Assembly (NCBI GenBank): GCA_002490525.1
Contig: DKUE01000037.1
Location: forward strand, 62,014-126,013
Reading direction: 5' to 3'
DNA from: Ruminococcaceae bacterium UBA7212
GTDB taxonomy: Bacteria; Bacillota; Clostridia; Oscillospirales; Acutalibacteraceae
Length of the DNA: 64,000 nt
The notes beneath the pieces were generated by a model. That model was given only the letters and a program-made list of their open reading frames with translations. It searched no databases and was not told the DNA's origin. The translations under genes and the position numbers were made by a program. Below, piece by piece: positions 45,820-56,018 of the stretch (the first letter of the stretch is position 1; every line of letters starts with the position of its first letter).

Positions 45820-46568
45820 ACACTGTAAAACTGCAAAAAAGGATTGACCGCGCGCTGTGTGCGGTGTTTCCGCGGCGGTGTCGCTACTGCGGCAAAGTCA
45901 TTATACCCGAACGGCAGATTTGCGAAGACTGCGAAACAAATCTGCCGCACATTCCTGTGCCCGTCTGTCCTTTGTGCGGACACACAAAGACGGACTGCAC
46001 CTGCAAACAAAAGAAACACAAATACAAGTCGATCTGCGCGCCGTTTTATTATGAAGATGCAATCGTACAGGCGATTCACCGTTTAAAATTTGAAAACAAG
46101 GACTTTTTAGCAGAACCTTTTGCCGCAGATATGGCGGCGTGTATACGGCGCGAATATGCGGACATTACGTTTGATTCGGTGACCTTTGTACCGTTTACCA
46201 AACGGCAAATGCGTATTCGCGAATGGAATCCGAGTGAAGCACTTGCAAAAGCACTTGCGGAACATCTTGGCTTACCGCTTGAAGCTCTGCTCGTCAAGCT
46301 TTACGAAACCAAAACACAGCATACGCTGGCAAGCAATATGCGTACGGGTAATGTGTTCGGCGTATTCGACATCGCCGACCCAAACGCCGTTGCAGGTAAA
46401 ACCGTTTTACTGGTCGATGACATCAAAACCACAGGCGCGACGCTTTCGGAATGTGCAAAAATGCTGATGTTAGCCGATGCAAAAGCGGTATACGCCTGCG
46501 CCTTCGCAATTACCAAGCGAAAGACAGTCGGTAAAAAAACAGCGGATATAAAATCACGTACTCCCTAA
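45816..46568 (+). CDS. comFC: ComF family protein (ComFC-like, zinc finger plus phosphoribosyltransferase domain)
   Basis: N-terminal CxxC pairs. PRTase motif VLLVDDIKTTGATL. Confidence 0.8.
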   Translation: MNTVKLQKRIDRALCAVFPRRCRYCGKVIIPERQICEDCETNLPHIPVPVCPLCGHTKTDCTCKQKKHKYKSICAPFYYEDAIVQAIHRLKFENKDFLAEPFAADMAACIRREYADITFDSVTFVPFTKRQMRIREWNPSEALAKALAEHLGLPLEALLVKLYETKTQHTLASNMRTGNVFGVFDIADPNAVAGKTVLLVDDIKTTGATLSECAKMLMLADAKAVYACAFAITKRKTVGKKTADIKSRTP

Positions 46569-46577
46569 TAAATCTGC

Positions 46578-46606
46578 TTGACAAACGCCGAAAATACTGT
46601 TATTCT
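46578..46606 (+). promoter_or_regulatory. Putative promoter of the T-box leader
   Basis: TTGACA, 17 nt, TATTCT. Confidence 0.45.
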
Positions 46607-46612
46607 TAAATT

Positions 46613-46881
46613 CATAATTGCATAACAGAAAACGCTTTGACAAAGAGTAAGACTGTATTGTGCTTCCAAGAGAGCCGCCGTAAGGTGTGAGGGCGGCAAG
46701 CGCTGAGGTCCGCGTCGCTTTTGAGCGGTTTTTCCGAAACGGGCAATTTTTACATCTTGCCCGCGTGTAAGAAAGAACGGTCTCCGCCGTTATCGGGTTT
46801 AAGCGGTTCGCGTAAGCTACGCGGGCAATTTGAGTGGTACCACGGATTTTTTCGCCTCATACTTTGTATGGGGCGATTTTT
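46613..46881 (+). promoter_or_regulatory. T-box riboswitch leader (presumably tRNA-Val)
   Basis: AGAGAG bulge (46669-74), distal GGTGTGA (46684-90), F-box CCGTTA (46787-92) and T-box core TGAGTGGTACCACGG (46831-45). Terminator TCGCCTCAT / ATGGGGCGA plus TTTTT. Confidence 0.85.
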
Positions 46882-46898
46882 GATGTGTGGGGTGCAAT

Positions 46899-47285
46899 AT
46901 GAGCTTACCGAAAAGGGAGCATCCAAGATTAAAAAACTTTGATTACAGTCAAAACGGATGTTATCATATCATCATTTGCGTAAAAGACGAAAGCGTTCGT
47001 CTCTCAACGGTAGGGCGGGGGCTCGCCTCCGCCGAAGCAACCGTACGGCTGACAAAATACGGAGAAACATTCAAATCAGAGTTATTGGATTTGGAAGACA
47101 GATTTAATTGCGTAAAGATTGACAAATACTGTATCATGCCCAACCATATTCATATTTTATTGTCTATCGAAAATGCGGAAACTACTTACGACGAAATTAT
47201 CGGCAGTGTTTCTTATTATGAACAAGTTTGGCGCTATATCGATGAAAATCCAAGCAAATGGTTAATTACGCATCATAAAACATGA
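46899..47285 (+). mobile_element. Short RAYT-like / IS200-IS605-type Y1 HUH transposase homologue (128 aa)
   Basis: PKREHPRLKNFDYSQNGCYHIIICV N-terminus, HUH motif MPNHIHILL, C-terminal SYYEQVWRYIDENPSKW. The segment between the HUH and YY motifs is unusually short. Confidence 0.65.
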
Positions 47286-47314
47286 GAAAAGATTTTTGGA
47301 ACGGAGGAAAATGC

Positions 47315-49948
47315 ATGTCCAAAGAACTTGAAAAACAGTACAACCCCAAAAACGTGGAGGACAGGCTTTACAAAACCTGGCTTGACAAAAAATACTTCCA
47401 CGCAAAACGAGAGGCCGATAAGGAAACTTACACCATCGTCATCCCGCCTCCCAACATCACAGGGCAGCTCCACATGGGGCACGCACTCGACAACACACTT
47501 CAGGATATTTTAATCCGCTATCACCGTATGGCGGGGTATGACACCCTTTGGCTGCCCGGTACAGACCACGCGTCTATTGCAACCGAAGCGAAAATCGTGG
47601 AAGCAATGAAAAAAGAGGGCTTAACGAAAGAAGACCTGGGACGCGAAAAATTCTTGGAACGCGCATGGGATTGGAAAGCCCGATACGGCGGCAGAATTAT
47701 TGAACAGCTTAAGAAAATGGGCTCTTCCTGCGACTGGGACAGAGAGCGCTTCACCCTCGATACGGGCTGTAACAAGGCGGTCAACGAGGTATTCTGCAAT
47801 CTGTATGAAAAAGGGCTCATCTATCGCGGAGAGCGGATTATCAACTGGTGTCCGCACTGCTTAACCTCTATTTCCGATGCCGAAGTGGAATATGAAGATC
47901 AAGCGGGTCATTTCTGGCATCTGCGCTATCCGTTCAAGGACGGCAGCGGCTATTTGGAATTGGCAACCACACGTCCCGAAACGCTTTTAGGCGATACGGC
48001 AGTCGCGGTCAATCCGAACGACGAGCGTTATAAGGATATGGTCGGCAAAACGCTGATTCTGCCCCTCGTACATCGCGAAATTCCCGTGGTTGCCGACGAT
48101 TACGTGGAAATGGATTTCGGTACAGGTGTGGTAAAAATTACGCCCGCACACGACCCGAACGACTTTGAGGTCGGTCTTCGCCACAATTTAGAGGTTATCA
48201 ATGTGCTGACCCCCGATGCGAAAATTACCGAGGATTACCCTGCCTATGCGGGTATGGACCGTTATGAGGCGCGCAAGGCGATTGTCAAGGACCTTAAAAA
48301 AGAGGGCGCGCTTGTAGAAATTGAGGATTACAGCCATAATGTCGGCACCTGCTACCGCTGCGGTACAACGGTTGAACCGCGTGTTTCCAAACAGTGGTTT
48401 GTGAAAATGAAACCCCTGGCAGGTCCCGCGATTGACGCTGTGAAAACAGGTGAAACCAAATTTATCCCACAGCGTTTTGAAAAAGTGTATTTCCACTGGC
48501 TTGAAAATATCCGTGACTGGTGCATTTCACGTCAGCTTTGGTGGGGGCACCGCATCCCCGCTTGGTACTGTGCTGACTGCGGCGAAATTACCGTTTCGCG
48601 TACCGCACCTGACGCATGCGCGCACTGCGGCAGCAAGAATATCACACAAGACCCCGACACCTTAGATACCTGGTTCTCCTCGGCACTGTGGCCGTTTTCC
48701 ACACTCGGTTGGCCTGAAGAAACAGAAGATTTAAAGCACTATTACCCGACCAACACCTTGGTAACGGGCTATGATATTATCCCGTTTTGGGTAATGCGCA
48801 TGATGTTCTCCGGTATTGAGCAGACAGGAAAAGCGCCGTTTGACACCGTGCTCATTCACGGACTGGTGCGCGATGCACAGGGGCGCAAAATGTCGAAATC
48901 CTTGGGCAACGGCATTGACCCCTTGGAAATCATTGACAAATACGGCGCAGACGCACTGCGCTTTACACTTGCCACAGGCAACAGCCCCGGGAACGATATG
49001 CGCTTTTCAGACGAGCGCGTAGAAGCAAGCCGTAACTTCGCCAATAAAATTTGGAATGCGGCGCGGTTCATCCTGATGAATCTCGGCGAAAACGAACCCA
49101 CACCGCATATTCCCGCCAACCTTATTTTAGAGGACAAATGGATTTTAAGCCTTTACAATGCGCTGGTTGCCGATGTAACGGATTGTCTGGAAAAATTCGA
49201 ACTCGGCATGGCAGTGCAGAAGCTCTATGATTTCATTTGGGATGTATTTTGCGACTGGTATATCGAAATTGCCAAAATCCGCCTGAACGGTGAAGATGAA
49301 GCGGCAAAATCCACTGTAAAAGCGGTGCTTGTGTATGTGATGTCAAACACTTTAAAGCTTTTGCATCCGTTTATGCCGTTCATCACTGAAGAGATTTGGC
49401 AGACCCTGCCGCACGAAGGCGAAAGTATTATGATTTCATCTTGGCCGAAAGCAGACGATGCCTTAAATTACACCGCAGAGGAAGCACAGATGGAACGCAT
49501 TATGATTGCGATTAAAGCCGTACGGAACCGCCGTGCGGAAATGAATGTTGCTCCCTCGAAGAAAGCAAAGGTATTCATTGAGACAGCATACGGTAACACC
49601 TTCCAAAACGGTACCGTATTTTTCAATCGTTTGGCATCCGCCAGCGAGGTACAGGTCGCCGAAGCCTTTGACGGTATGGACGATGCAGTCTCCATCATCA
49701 CAGAAAGTGCAAGAATCTATATCCCAATGGATGAGTTGGTCGATTTTAAAGCAGAGCTTGCGCGCTTGGAAAAGGAAAAAGCCGCTGTGCAAAAAGAGCT
49801 GGATTTTGTCAACAGCAAGCTGAACAATGAAAATTTTGTCTCAAAGGCTCCCGCTGCCGTCGTTGAAAAACAGCGTCAGGCAAAAATGCAATTGGAAGAA
49901 AAAACGGCGCTTATTGAGGAAAGTATTCAAAAGCTCGCGAAGAAATAA
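47315..49948 (+). CDS. valS: Valine--tRNA ligase
   Basis: HIGH-type motif [17 protein letters not shown] present, C-terminal coiled coil. ATG lies 7 nt after GGAGG. Confidence 0.95.
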   Translation: MSKELEKQYNPKNVEDRLYKTWLDKKYFHAKREADKETYTIVIPPPNITGQLHMGHALDNTLQDILIRYHRMAGYDTLWLPGTDHASIATEAKIVEAMKKEGLTKEDLGREKFLERAWDWKARYGGRIIEQLKKMGSSCDWDRERFTLDTGCNKAVNEVFCNLYEKGLIYRGERIINWCPHCLTSISDAEVEYEDQAGHFWHLRYPFKDGSGYLELATTRPETLLGDTAVAVNPNDERYKDMVGKTLILPLVHREIPVVADDYVEMDFGTGVVKITPAHDPNDFEVGLRHNLEVINVLTPDAKITEDYPAYAGMDRYEARKAIVKDLKKEGALVEIEDYSHNVGTCYRCGTTVEPRVSKQWFVKMKPLAGPAIDAVKTGETKFIPQRFEKVYFHWLENIRDWCISRQLWWGHRIPAWYCADCGEITVSRTAPDACAHCGSKNITQDPDTLDTWFSSALWPFSTLGWPEETEDLKHYYPTNTLVTGYDIIPFWVMRMMFSGIEQTGKAPFDTVLIHGLVRDAQGRKMSKSLGNGIDPLEIIDKYGADALRFTLATGNSPGNDMRFSDERVEASRNFANKIWNAARFILMNLGENEPTPHIPANLILEDKWILSLYNALVADVTDCLEKFELGMAVQKLYDFIWDVFCDWYIEIAKIRLNGEDEAAKSTVKAVLVYVMSNTLKLLHPFMPFITEEIWQTLPHEGESIMISSWPKADDALNYTAEEAQMERIMIAIKAVRNRRAEMNVAPSKKAKVFIETAYGNTFQNGTVFFNRLASASEVQVAEAFDGMDDAVSIITESARIYIPMDELVDFKAELARLEKEKAAVQKELDFVNSKLNNENFVSKAPAAVVEKQRQAKMQLEEKTALIEESIQKLAKK

Positions 49949-49996
49949 CCCCAAAAAGGTGAAATAAATCCTTGCGGACTTTTGACCCAACCGATA

Positions 49997-50046
49997 AACG
50001 CTCCGCCCGAAGCAAGAAAACTGTTTCCGGCGGGGCGTTTTATATT
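49997..50046 (+). terminator. Terminator of valS
   Basis: AACGCTCCGCCCGAA / TTCCGGCGGGGCGTT (13 of 15 bp) followed by a T-rich tail. Confidence 0.5.
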
Positions 50047-50255
50047 TATTTTACGGAAGAGATTTGCACATACAGTGAAACCGTATGAATAACTCAGGCA
50101 TGCAGTATAAAACAAAGCCGAGTGACAAACGGAACTGTTGACTTTCTTGATTTGTGTCTGATATACTTGGTTTGGATAAAAACCGATACAGTGCCCTAGA
50201 AAAACCGTAAAAACAGGAGATTATCGTCGGTGCCACTGCCGGTTGGATTATAGCG

Positions 50256-50489
50256 TTGACCGGGACAGTCCTTCTTCTTTTGGAATACTGCTCACTTTTC
50301 TTTTTGCGTGCTATAGCTATCCGATCGGACGTTGAACAGGGTAATAGCCTTGGCTATTACAATGCTCCGATGCAATACATGCCTATTATTTTTGGAGTTA
50401 CTATGGCTGTGATTGTGATTGGAATAGTGATTGCAGTATATAATGCCGGTTTTATGCGTACTAAAGAAAAAATCATAGCGTCATATTAG
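50256..50489 (+). CDS. Hypothetical small membrane protein or gene fragment
   Basis: Hydrophobic 77-aa ORF with a TTG start and no clear RBS. The frame is open upstream to 50211. Confidence 0.2.
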   Translation: MTGTVLLLLEYCSLFFLRAIAIRSDVEQGNSLGYYNAPMQYMPIIFGVTMAVIVIGIVIAVYNAGFMRTKEKIIASY

Positions 50490-50628
50490 CATTTGCGGAA
50501 CAAATAGAGCACAGGACATATAATCCGGCCCCTTGCTGAACGTACCCTGAAGCCATTGATACAATCGGCTTTCAAACGCCCAAACGGTAACAGTCCGACC
50601 GTGGAATATAAACAGAAAGGATAAGAAA

Positions 50629-52734
50629 ATGATTTCTAAATATGATTTCAAATATAAAGGTCTTATGAAAAGCGCAATGCAGTCTATTCCCCTCGGCAAT
50701 GGTGATTTGGGTGCAAATATATGGGCAGACGAAAATTCTGTTTCTATCCTGCTTTCCAAAACAGATGCTTTCAGTCGTTTGCACCGTCTTCTTAAAACAG
50801 GATATATTAGATTAAAATTCCCAAAAGGCGTCTTGAATGAAAACCTTTGTTTTCATCTCGTTTTAAATGAAGGTATATTGAAAATCCATAACAAGAACAT
50901 CCGCATACAAATTTATGCGGATGCTTTCTTGCCTGTTTATCAAATTGAAGTTGACGGGAAATTTGCAGATAAACTATGCCTGGAAATTGTGAATTACAGA
51001 GCGCACCCGGAGCGTCTTGCGCATGATGACCGCAGTAATTATCCATTAAACTGCGAGGCAGACGAAGATATCGGGTTTGACTGCACCGAGGATAATGACA
51101 TAGTTTTTACACAGGAAAAATCTGCAATCGGACAGATGCACAAAAATACAACCTCTCTTTATAATTTCAGTCTTCAGCATCAGCACCTTGCAGATTATCC
51201 GAATAAATCGGATGTTCTTACAGGACTTACTTTCGGTTTTTTGGCTGCGAGTAATGATATGTGTGCCGATACAAATACGCTTACCGCAAAGCAAGGCGTT
51301 AAAAGCTTATCTATATCTATTCATTCTCTTACATGTGCAAATGCAGAAGAATGGATGAAAAAAATAAATCAAATTCCCGAAAGTGATATTGACAGGCACA
51401 AGGCCTATTGGAGATCTGTCTGGGAAAAAAGCTATGTCTATATTTCGGGGAATAAAAAAGCTGAAAACATAACGCAGGGTTACATTTTGCAAAGATATAT
51501 GAATATTTGTGCAGGAAAGGGTCGTTTTCCCGTAAAGTTCAACGGTTCTATCTTCTCTTGTCAGCCCTCTCCCCATAATTCTGAAAATTATGATTACCGA
51601 CTGTGGGGCAGCTATTATTGGTTCCAAAACACACGGCTGATTTACTGGGGTATGCTGTTTTCAGGCGATTACGATTTGATGCTTCCGTTTTTTCGACTTT
51701 ATTTGGACAATCTTGATTTTGCGAAATACAGAACGGAAAAATATTTTGGACATTCAGGCGCATTTTACCCTGAAACTTTAAGCCTTTTTGCGGCTTATGC
51801 AGATGCAAACTACGGTTGGAACAGAAGTCATCTTGCAGACGGCACAACTTTGAATACATACATTCGTTACTACTACTGTTCCGGACTTGAACTCGCTTTT
51901 ATGATGCTTTTGTATTGCAGAAATGCACAGGATTTTGATTTCCTGCAAAACGAGTGTCTGCCCTTTGTAAAAGAAATTTTGCTGTTCTTTTATGAGCACT
52001 ACAAGCAAAACGACGGTCCTATTTGTTTCAAACCGACATCTTCGCTTGAAACATGGCAAAACTGCATAAATGACACGCCCAATATTGCCGGTATGCGTGC
52101 GGTCTGCGATTTTGTTCTGCATATGGAGCAAGTGCCAAAGAATCTTATGCTATTATGCAAAAAAATCGAAGCATCTCTGCCGTCCGTTCCCGTAGGTCGT
52201 AAGCATTTGTGCAAAACGGTTCTGCCCTTTGAAAAGAACATAGAGAAAGTAAAACGCAACTGTGAAAACCCCGAGCTTTACACAGTGTTCCCATATGCTT
52301 TATATAAAATAGGCAATCCTGATTTAAAAATCGGTGTCAGCACATTTAAAATGCGTGCCGAAAGAGCCTCGTGCGGCTGGCAGCAGCACGGCGTACAGGC
52401 GGCATTTCTCGGTCTTCGCAAAAGTGCGTATAAAGAAATTGTAAAAAACTCTGAGAATACAAATAAAGGCTGTATTTTCCCTGCTTTTTACGGTCCAAAT
52501 TATGATTGGTTACCTGATCAGGATAACGGTGCAAATTTAATGATGACGATAACAAAATCTCTTGTGCAGGAGAACGGTGAAAAAATCTTTCTTCTGCCTG
52601 CTTGGAATAAAAAACTGGATGTTTCATTCCGTTTGCCTGTGGGTAATAATTTTATAAATGTGACTTACCAAAAAGGTAAAAAACCGAAATATTCTTTTGA
52701 TAAACCGGAGCACAGAGAAATTATTATCCTGTGA
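50629..52734 (+). CDS. Putative glycoside hydrolase (DUF5703 / GH95-like N-terminal domain)
   Basis: 701 aa. The N-terminal SIPLGNGDLGANIWADENSVSILLSKTDAF resembles DUF5703/GH95-type proteins, from memory and not searched. Confidence 0.55.
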   Translation: MISKYDFKYKGLMKSAMQSIPLGNGDLGANIWADENSVSILLSKTDAFSRLHRLLKTGYIRLKFPKGVLNENLCFHLVLNEGILKIHNKNIRIQIYADAFLPVYQIEVDGKFADKLCLEIVNYRAHPERLAHDDRSNYPLNCEADEDIGFDCTEDNDIVFTQEKSAIGQMHKNTTSLYNFSLQHQHLADYPNKSDVLTGLTFGFLAASNDMCADTNTLTAKQGVKSLSISIHSLTCANAEEWMKKINQIPESDIDRHKAYWRSVWEKSYVYISGNKKAENITQGYILQRYMNICAGKGRFPVKFNGSIFSCQPSPHNSENYDYRLWGSYYWFQNTRLIYWGMLFSGDYDLMLPFFRLYLDNLDFAKYRTEKYFGHSGAFYPETLSLFAAYADANYGWNRSHLADGTTLNTYIRYYYCSGLELAFMMLLYCRNAQDFDFLQNECLPFVKEILLFFYEHYKQNDGPICFKPTSSLETWQNCINDTPNIAGMRAVCDFVLHMEQVPKNLMLLCKKIEASLPSVPVGRKHLCKTVLPFEKNIEKVKRNCENPELYTVFPYALYKIGNPDLKIGVSTFKMRAERASCGWQQHGVQAAFLGLRKSAYKEIVKNSENTNKGCIFPAFYGPNYDWLPDQDNGANLMMTITKSLVQENGEKIFLLPAWNKKLDVSFRLPVGNNFINVTYQKGKKPKYSFDKPEHREIIIL

Positions 52735-52787
52735 ATATTGACTATACCGGTGCATATTTAACAACTTTAATATTTGAGGAGAATATT

Positions 52788-52823
52788 TAAACTCCCTTGC
52801 TGTACTGCAAGGGAGTGATTTTA
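52788..52823. terminator. Hairpin between the convergent hydrolase genes
   Basis: CTCCCTTGC / GCAAGGGAG stem followed by TGATTTT. Confidence 0.45.
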
Positions 52824-52920
52824 TGTCAACACTACAAGAATATTACGGCACGGAAATGTTACACCATCTTCTTCCCTAAAGGATGATAATCCGAACGCAT
52901 TTGAAAAGTATGTGAGTTAC

Positions 52921-55900
52921 TTACACTTCGAACCGCAAGGTGACAAGTTCATACGGTTTGAATGTCAGCTTTACATTTCTGCCGTCATTTTCAAGCGTTG
53001 TTTCTGTATTTTCTAATAAATCACACACCGACACACGCTTAAAATCAAAGCCCGCGGTTACGGTAACATCCGCACGCCGGCGGTAAGCTTCATACAGACG
53101 CACGATGACCGCATTGCCTTTTTCTGCTTTTTTCACAGTTTCTGCAATTACATTTTCGCAGTCTACCGAAAGCAGAGACAAGGTTTCAGGCAAATTACCG
53201 CTCTGTGCTCCGATTCTTTGCGCCGTCAGCGGATTGTTAAGCAAATATGCCTGCTGTACCGTGCCCGCCGCACGGTAATCGCCTGCGTGCGGATACAAAG
53301 AATAGGTAAAGGTATGCGCGCCTCTGTCTGCGGTTTCATCGGGATAGGTCCCGCACTTCAGAAGCGTTAAGCACATTACCCCGTTATGAATATCATGTCC
53401 GTACTTACAGTCGTTTAAAAGGCTTACACCGTAGCCGTACTCGGACAAATCAGCGTATTTGTGTGCACAAACCTCAAATTTTGCCGCATCCCAGCTGGTA
53501 TTGGTGTGCGTTGGACGCTCCACCGCGCCGAACTGAATTTCATAAGTCGCCTTATCCGAAAGCACATCCACAGGGAACGCGGTTTTTAAAATCAAATGGC
53601 TCTCGTTCCAATCAATATCCGTATCAAAATCGATACGCGCCACATCGTCATACAGCCAAATTTTTTGTGTAATTGTGCTGTGCATAAAAATCTTTTTAAC
53701 CTCTACGCCTGCGCGTGCACCATCTGCAATCGACGTAATTTCCGCGTTTTCGGAAAGCTTCCACGATTTTTCTTTATAATAATTGCTGATTTCCCAGTTG
53801 TCATAGTCGCGCGGATAATCCTCATAAGCGGTCATCACGTTGCCCTGCGCGCCCGATTTCAGCACTTCACGGCCATTTTTCTTATCGTAGATTCGTGTAA
53901 ATGCGCCGCTGTCGGAAAGCTCCAAAACGAAGAAATCATTTTCGATTTTCTTTCCATATACCCGCACAGTCCTTCGCGGCGTTGTTTCGGCTATAACTTT
54001 ATAGCCCTTCGCCGGAACATGCTCCGCATATCGGGTCTCGCCGTCTACCGTTACCGTACCGCTGGCTTCGAAAGCGTTCGGATTCCAAACGAGAATACCG
54101 CCGTTCGTACCGATATTTTCGGCAATGTGCGCCGCCGCATCCGCACAGATTTGCGTACCGACTTTTCCTATAGCTTCATACTGCGCATGCGAAACCTCGT
54201 ACACCTCGTGAATAGATGACCCGGGAATAATGTCGTGGAACTGATTCAAAAGAATCATTTCCCAGCCGTCGTGCAGAGATTTTTCGGGATATGCCGTACC
54301 GTTTAAGAGGGTGTCTGCCAGCGCAATGCTTTCTGCATTTTGATACAGAAACTCGCTTTTGCGGTTATATCGCTTGTTTTTCGCCTGCGAGGTGTATGTG
54401 CCGCGGTGATATTCGAGATACAGTTCTCCTTGCCAGCGCGGCGTTTTGGGGTTCGCTTCTGCTTTTTTGCGCATCCGCGCAAGCAGCTCGCCCGCAAATT
54501 CCATTTTTGCTTTCGGCACTGCGGGCAGACCCTTTTTCAGAATGTGATAGTATTCCAAATCCTTGCGCACAGGACCGCCGCCGCCGTCCCCGTAACCGAA
54601 GGTAATCAGCACTTCGTTCTGTAAATTTTTCTGCTGATAACGGTCCCACGCACCCATCAGCTGACAGGGATTGAGCTTTGCATTATAGGTCACATTGCGG
54701 GCGGGCTTCTGCCCGCGCACCCTGTCCTGTGCGGTCATAAAGAACGAGAAAATGTCCGTGCCGTCAATCCCCTGCCACCAAAATGTGTCGTAGGGCATAC
54801 GGTTGCTTTCATTCCAGCCGATTTTAGAGGTAACAAACGATTCCACGCCGCTTTTTTTGAGAATCTGCGGCAATGCAGCGGAATAGCCGAACACATCGGG
54901 AAGCCAAAGCACCTTGCAGTCCACACCGAATTCTTCTTTAAAGAAAGCTTTGCCGTACAGGATTTGCCGCACCAAGCTCTCACCCGAAGAAAGGTTGCAG
55001 TCCGCTTCGACCCACATTGCGCCTTCGACTTCCCAGCACCCCTGTTTCACCATTTCCTTGACCTCGGCGTACAGCTCGGGAGATTCCTCTTTTAAATATT
55101 TATAAAGCTGCGCCTGGCTCGACATAAACTTGTATTCAGGATATTTCTTCATCAGCGCCAGCACCGTAGAAAACGAGCGCAGAACCTTTTCCCGTGTTTG
55201 TGCAAGCGTCCAAAGCCATGCAACGTCAATATGCGTGTGCCCGATGCAAATCGCGTTCACGCCGAAATCGGGATATATACCGCTAAACAGTGCAGAATCC
55301 AAATATTGCTGTGCCGCACGCACCGAGTCCATACATTTTTGGGAATACGGTTCACGCAAATCAAGCATATTTACGGCGTGCTCCAAACCGTTTTGCATAT
55401 CGACATATGCCTTTTCGTGCGGGTCTAACAACAGCGTTGCCTCATATGGCACGCAAAGGCTGTAATACAGCTTGCGGATTTCTTCGTTATACACACGCAA
55501 ATCGGCATTAAATTCCAAATGATTGGCCTCTTTACCGCCGTAGGCATACACATAAATTTCATATTCCGATTTTGCACGGTCTAAAAATACCTCGCGGTGG
55601 TTTGTGTCCAAACCCTGTACGAGTACGCCGTCCACATATACAATAAACTGCGGATTGACGGCGTCCCATCCGTCTAACTGTGTGGAAATGCAAAGCTCAA
55701 CATTTTTGCCGCACATGTCTTCGGGAATTTCGAGATGTTTATAGAACCACGCGTGGCAATCCTTTTCCCCGCCCCAGCGTTCGTAACGACCGAATTCGCG
55801 GAAGCTTTCATCCACCTCGGGCAATACATTGCCTGTTTTATAGCCGCAGGGCTTCATCAAAAATCCGTCTAACGGTATATCCTGTTCACATGCGGCATTT

Positions 55901-55971
55901 TTCAGCATATCCAAATAAACACGCAATCTGTCTTCATAAAAATCTGTTTGCATAAAGTTTTCCTCATCCAT
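52921..55971 (-). CDS. GH38 alpha-mannosidase
   Basis: 1016 aa. GH38 catalytic-domain motifs (IGHTHIDVAWLW, ...WLPDVFGY). Confidence 0.9.
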   Translation of the reverse strand: MDEENFMQTDFYEDRLRVYLDMLKNAACEQDIPLDGFLMKPCGYKTGNVLPEVDESFREFGRYERWGGEKDCHAWFYKHLEIPEDMCGKNVELCISTQLDGWDAVNPQFIVYVDGVLVQGLDTNHREVFLDRAKSEYEIYVYAYGGKEANHLEFNADLRVYNEEIRKLYYSLCVPYEATLLLDPHEKAYVDMQNGLEHAVNMLDLREPYSQKCMDSVRAAQQYLDSALFSGIYPDFGVNAICIGHTHIDVAWLWTLAQTREKVLRSFSTVLALMKKYPEYKFMSSQAQLYKYLKEESPELYAEVKEMVKQGCWEVEGAMWVEADCNLSSGESLVRQILYGKAFFKEEFGVDCKVLWLPDVFGYSAALPQILKKSGVESFVTSKIGWNESNRMPYDTFWWQGIDGTDIFSFFMTAQDRVRGQKPARNVTYNAKLNPCQLMGAWDRYQQKNLQNEVLITFGYGDGGGGPVRKDLEYYHILKKGLPAVPKAKMEFAGELLARMRKKAEANPKTPRWQGELYLEYHRGTYTSQAKNKRYNRKSEFLYQNAESIALADTLLNGTAYPEKSLHDGWEMILLNQFHDIIPGSSIHEVYEVSHAQYEAIGKVGTQICADAAAHIAENIGTNGGILVWNPNAFEASGTVTVDGETRYAEHVPAKGYKVIAETTPRRTVRVYGKKIENDFFVLELSDSGAFTRIYDKKNGREVLKSGAQGNVMTAYEDYPRDYDNWEISNYYKEKSWKLSENAEITSIADGARAGVEVKKIFMHSTITQKIWLYDDVARIDFDTDIDWNESHLILKTAFPVDVLSDKATYEIQFGAVERPTHTNTSWDAAKFEVCAHKYADLSEYGYGVSLLNDCKYGHDIHNGVMCLTLLKCGTYPDETADRGAHTFTYSLYPHAGDYRAAGTVQQAYLLNNPLTAQRIGAQSGNLPETLSLLSVDCENVIAETVKKAEKGNAVIVRLYEAYRRRADVTVTAGFDFKRVSVCDLLENTETTLENDGRNVKLTFKPYELVTLRFEV

Positions 55972-56018
55972 AGAATTTTGGGTATTGTATCACATTTTCA
56001 GGCAATTCTGCAAGCGGT

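Noticed and set aside
46707-46710. Assigning GUC as the T-box specifier codon.
   Set aside because: GTC lies in a plausible position on the 3' side of stem I, after the distal loop, but I could not draw the specifier loop with confidence and the usual following purine is absent. Valine specificity is inferred only from the downstream valS.
47010-47033. GTAG-GGCGGGGG-CTCG-CCTCCGCC hairpin inside the RAYT-like ORF, which looks like a REP.
   Set aside because: It encodes the VGRGLASAE segment, and as far as I recall homologous transposases carry a similar VGRG stretch at this position. It is probably native coding sequence and not an inserted repeat. An alignment to homologues is needed to be sure.
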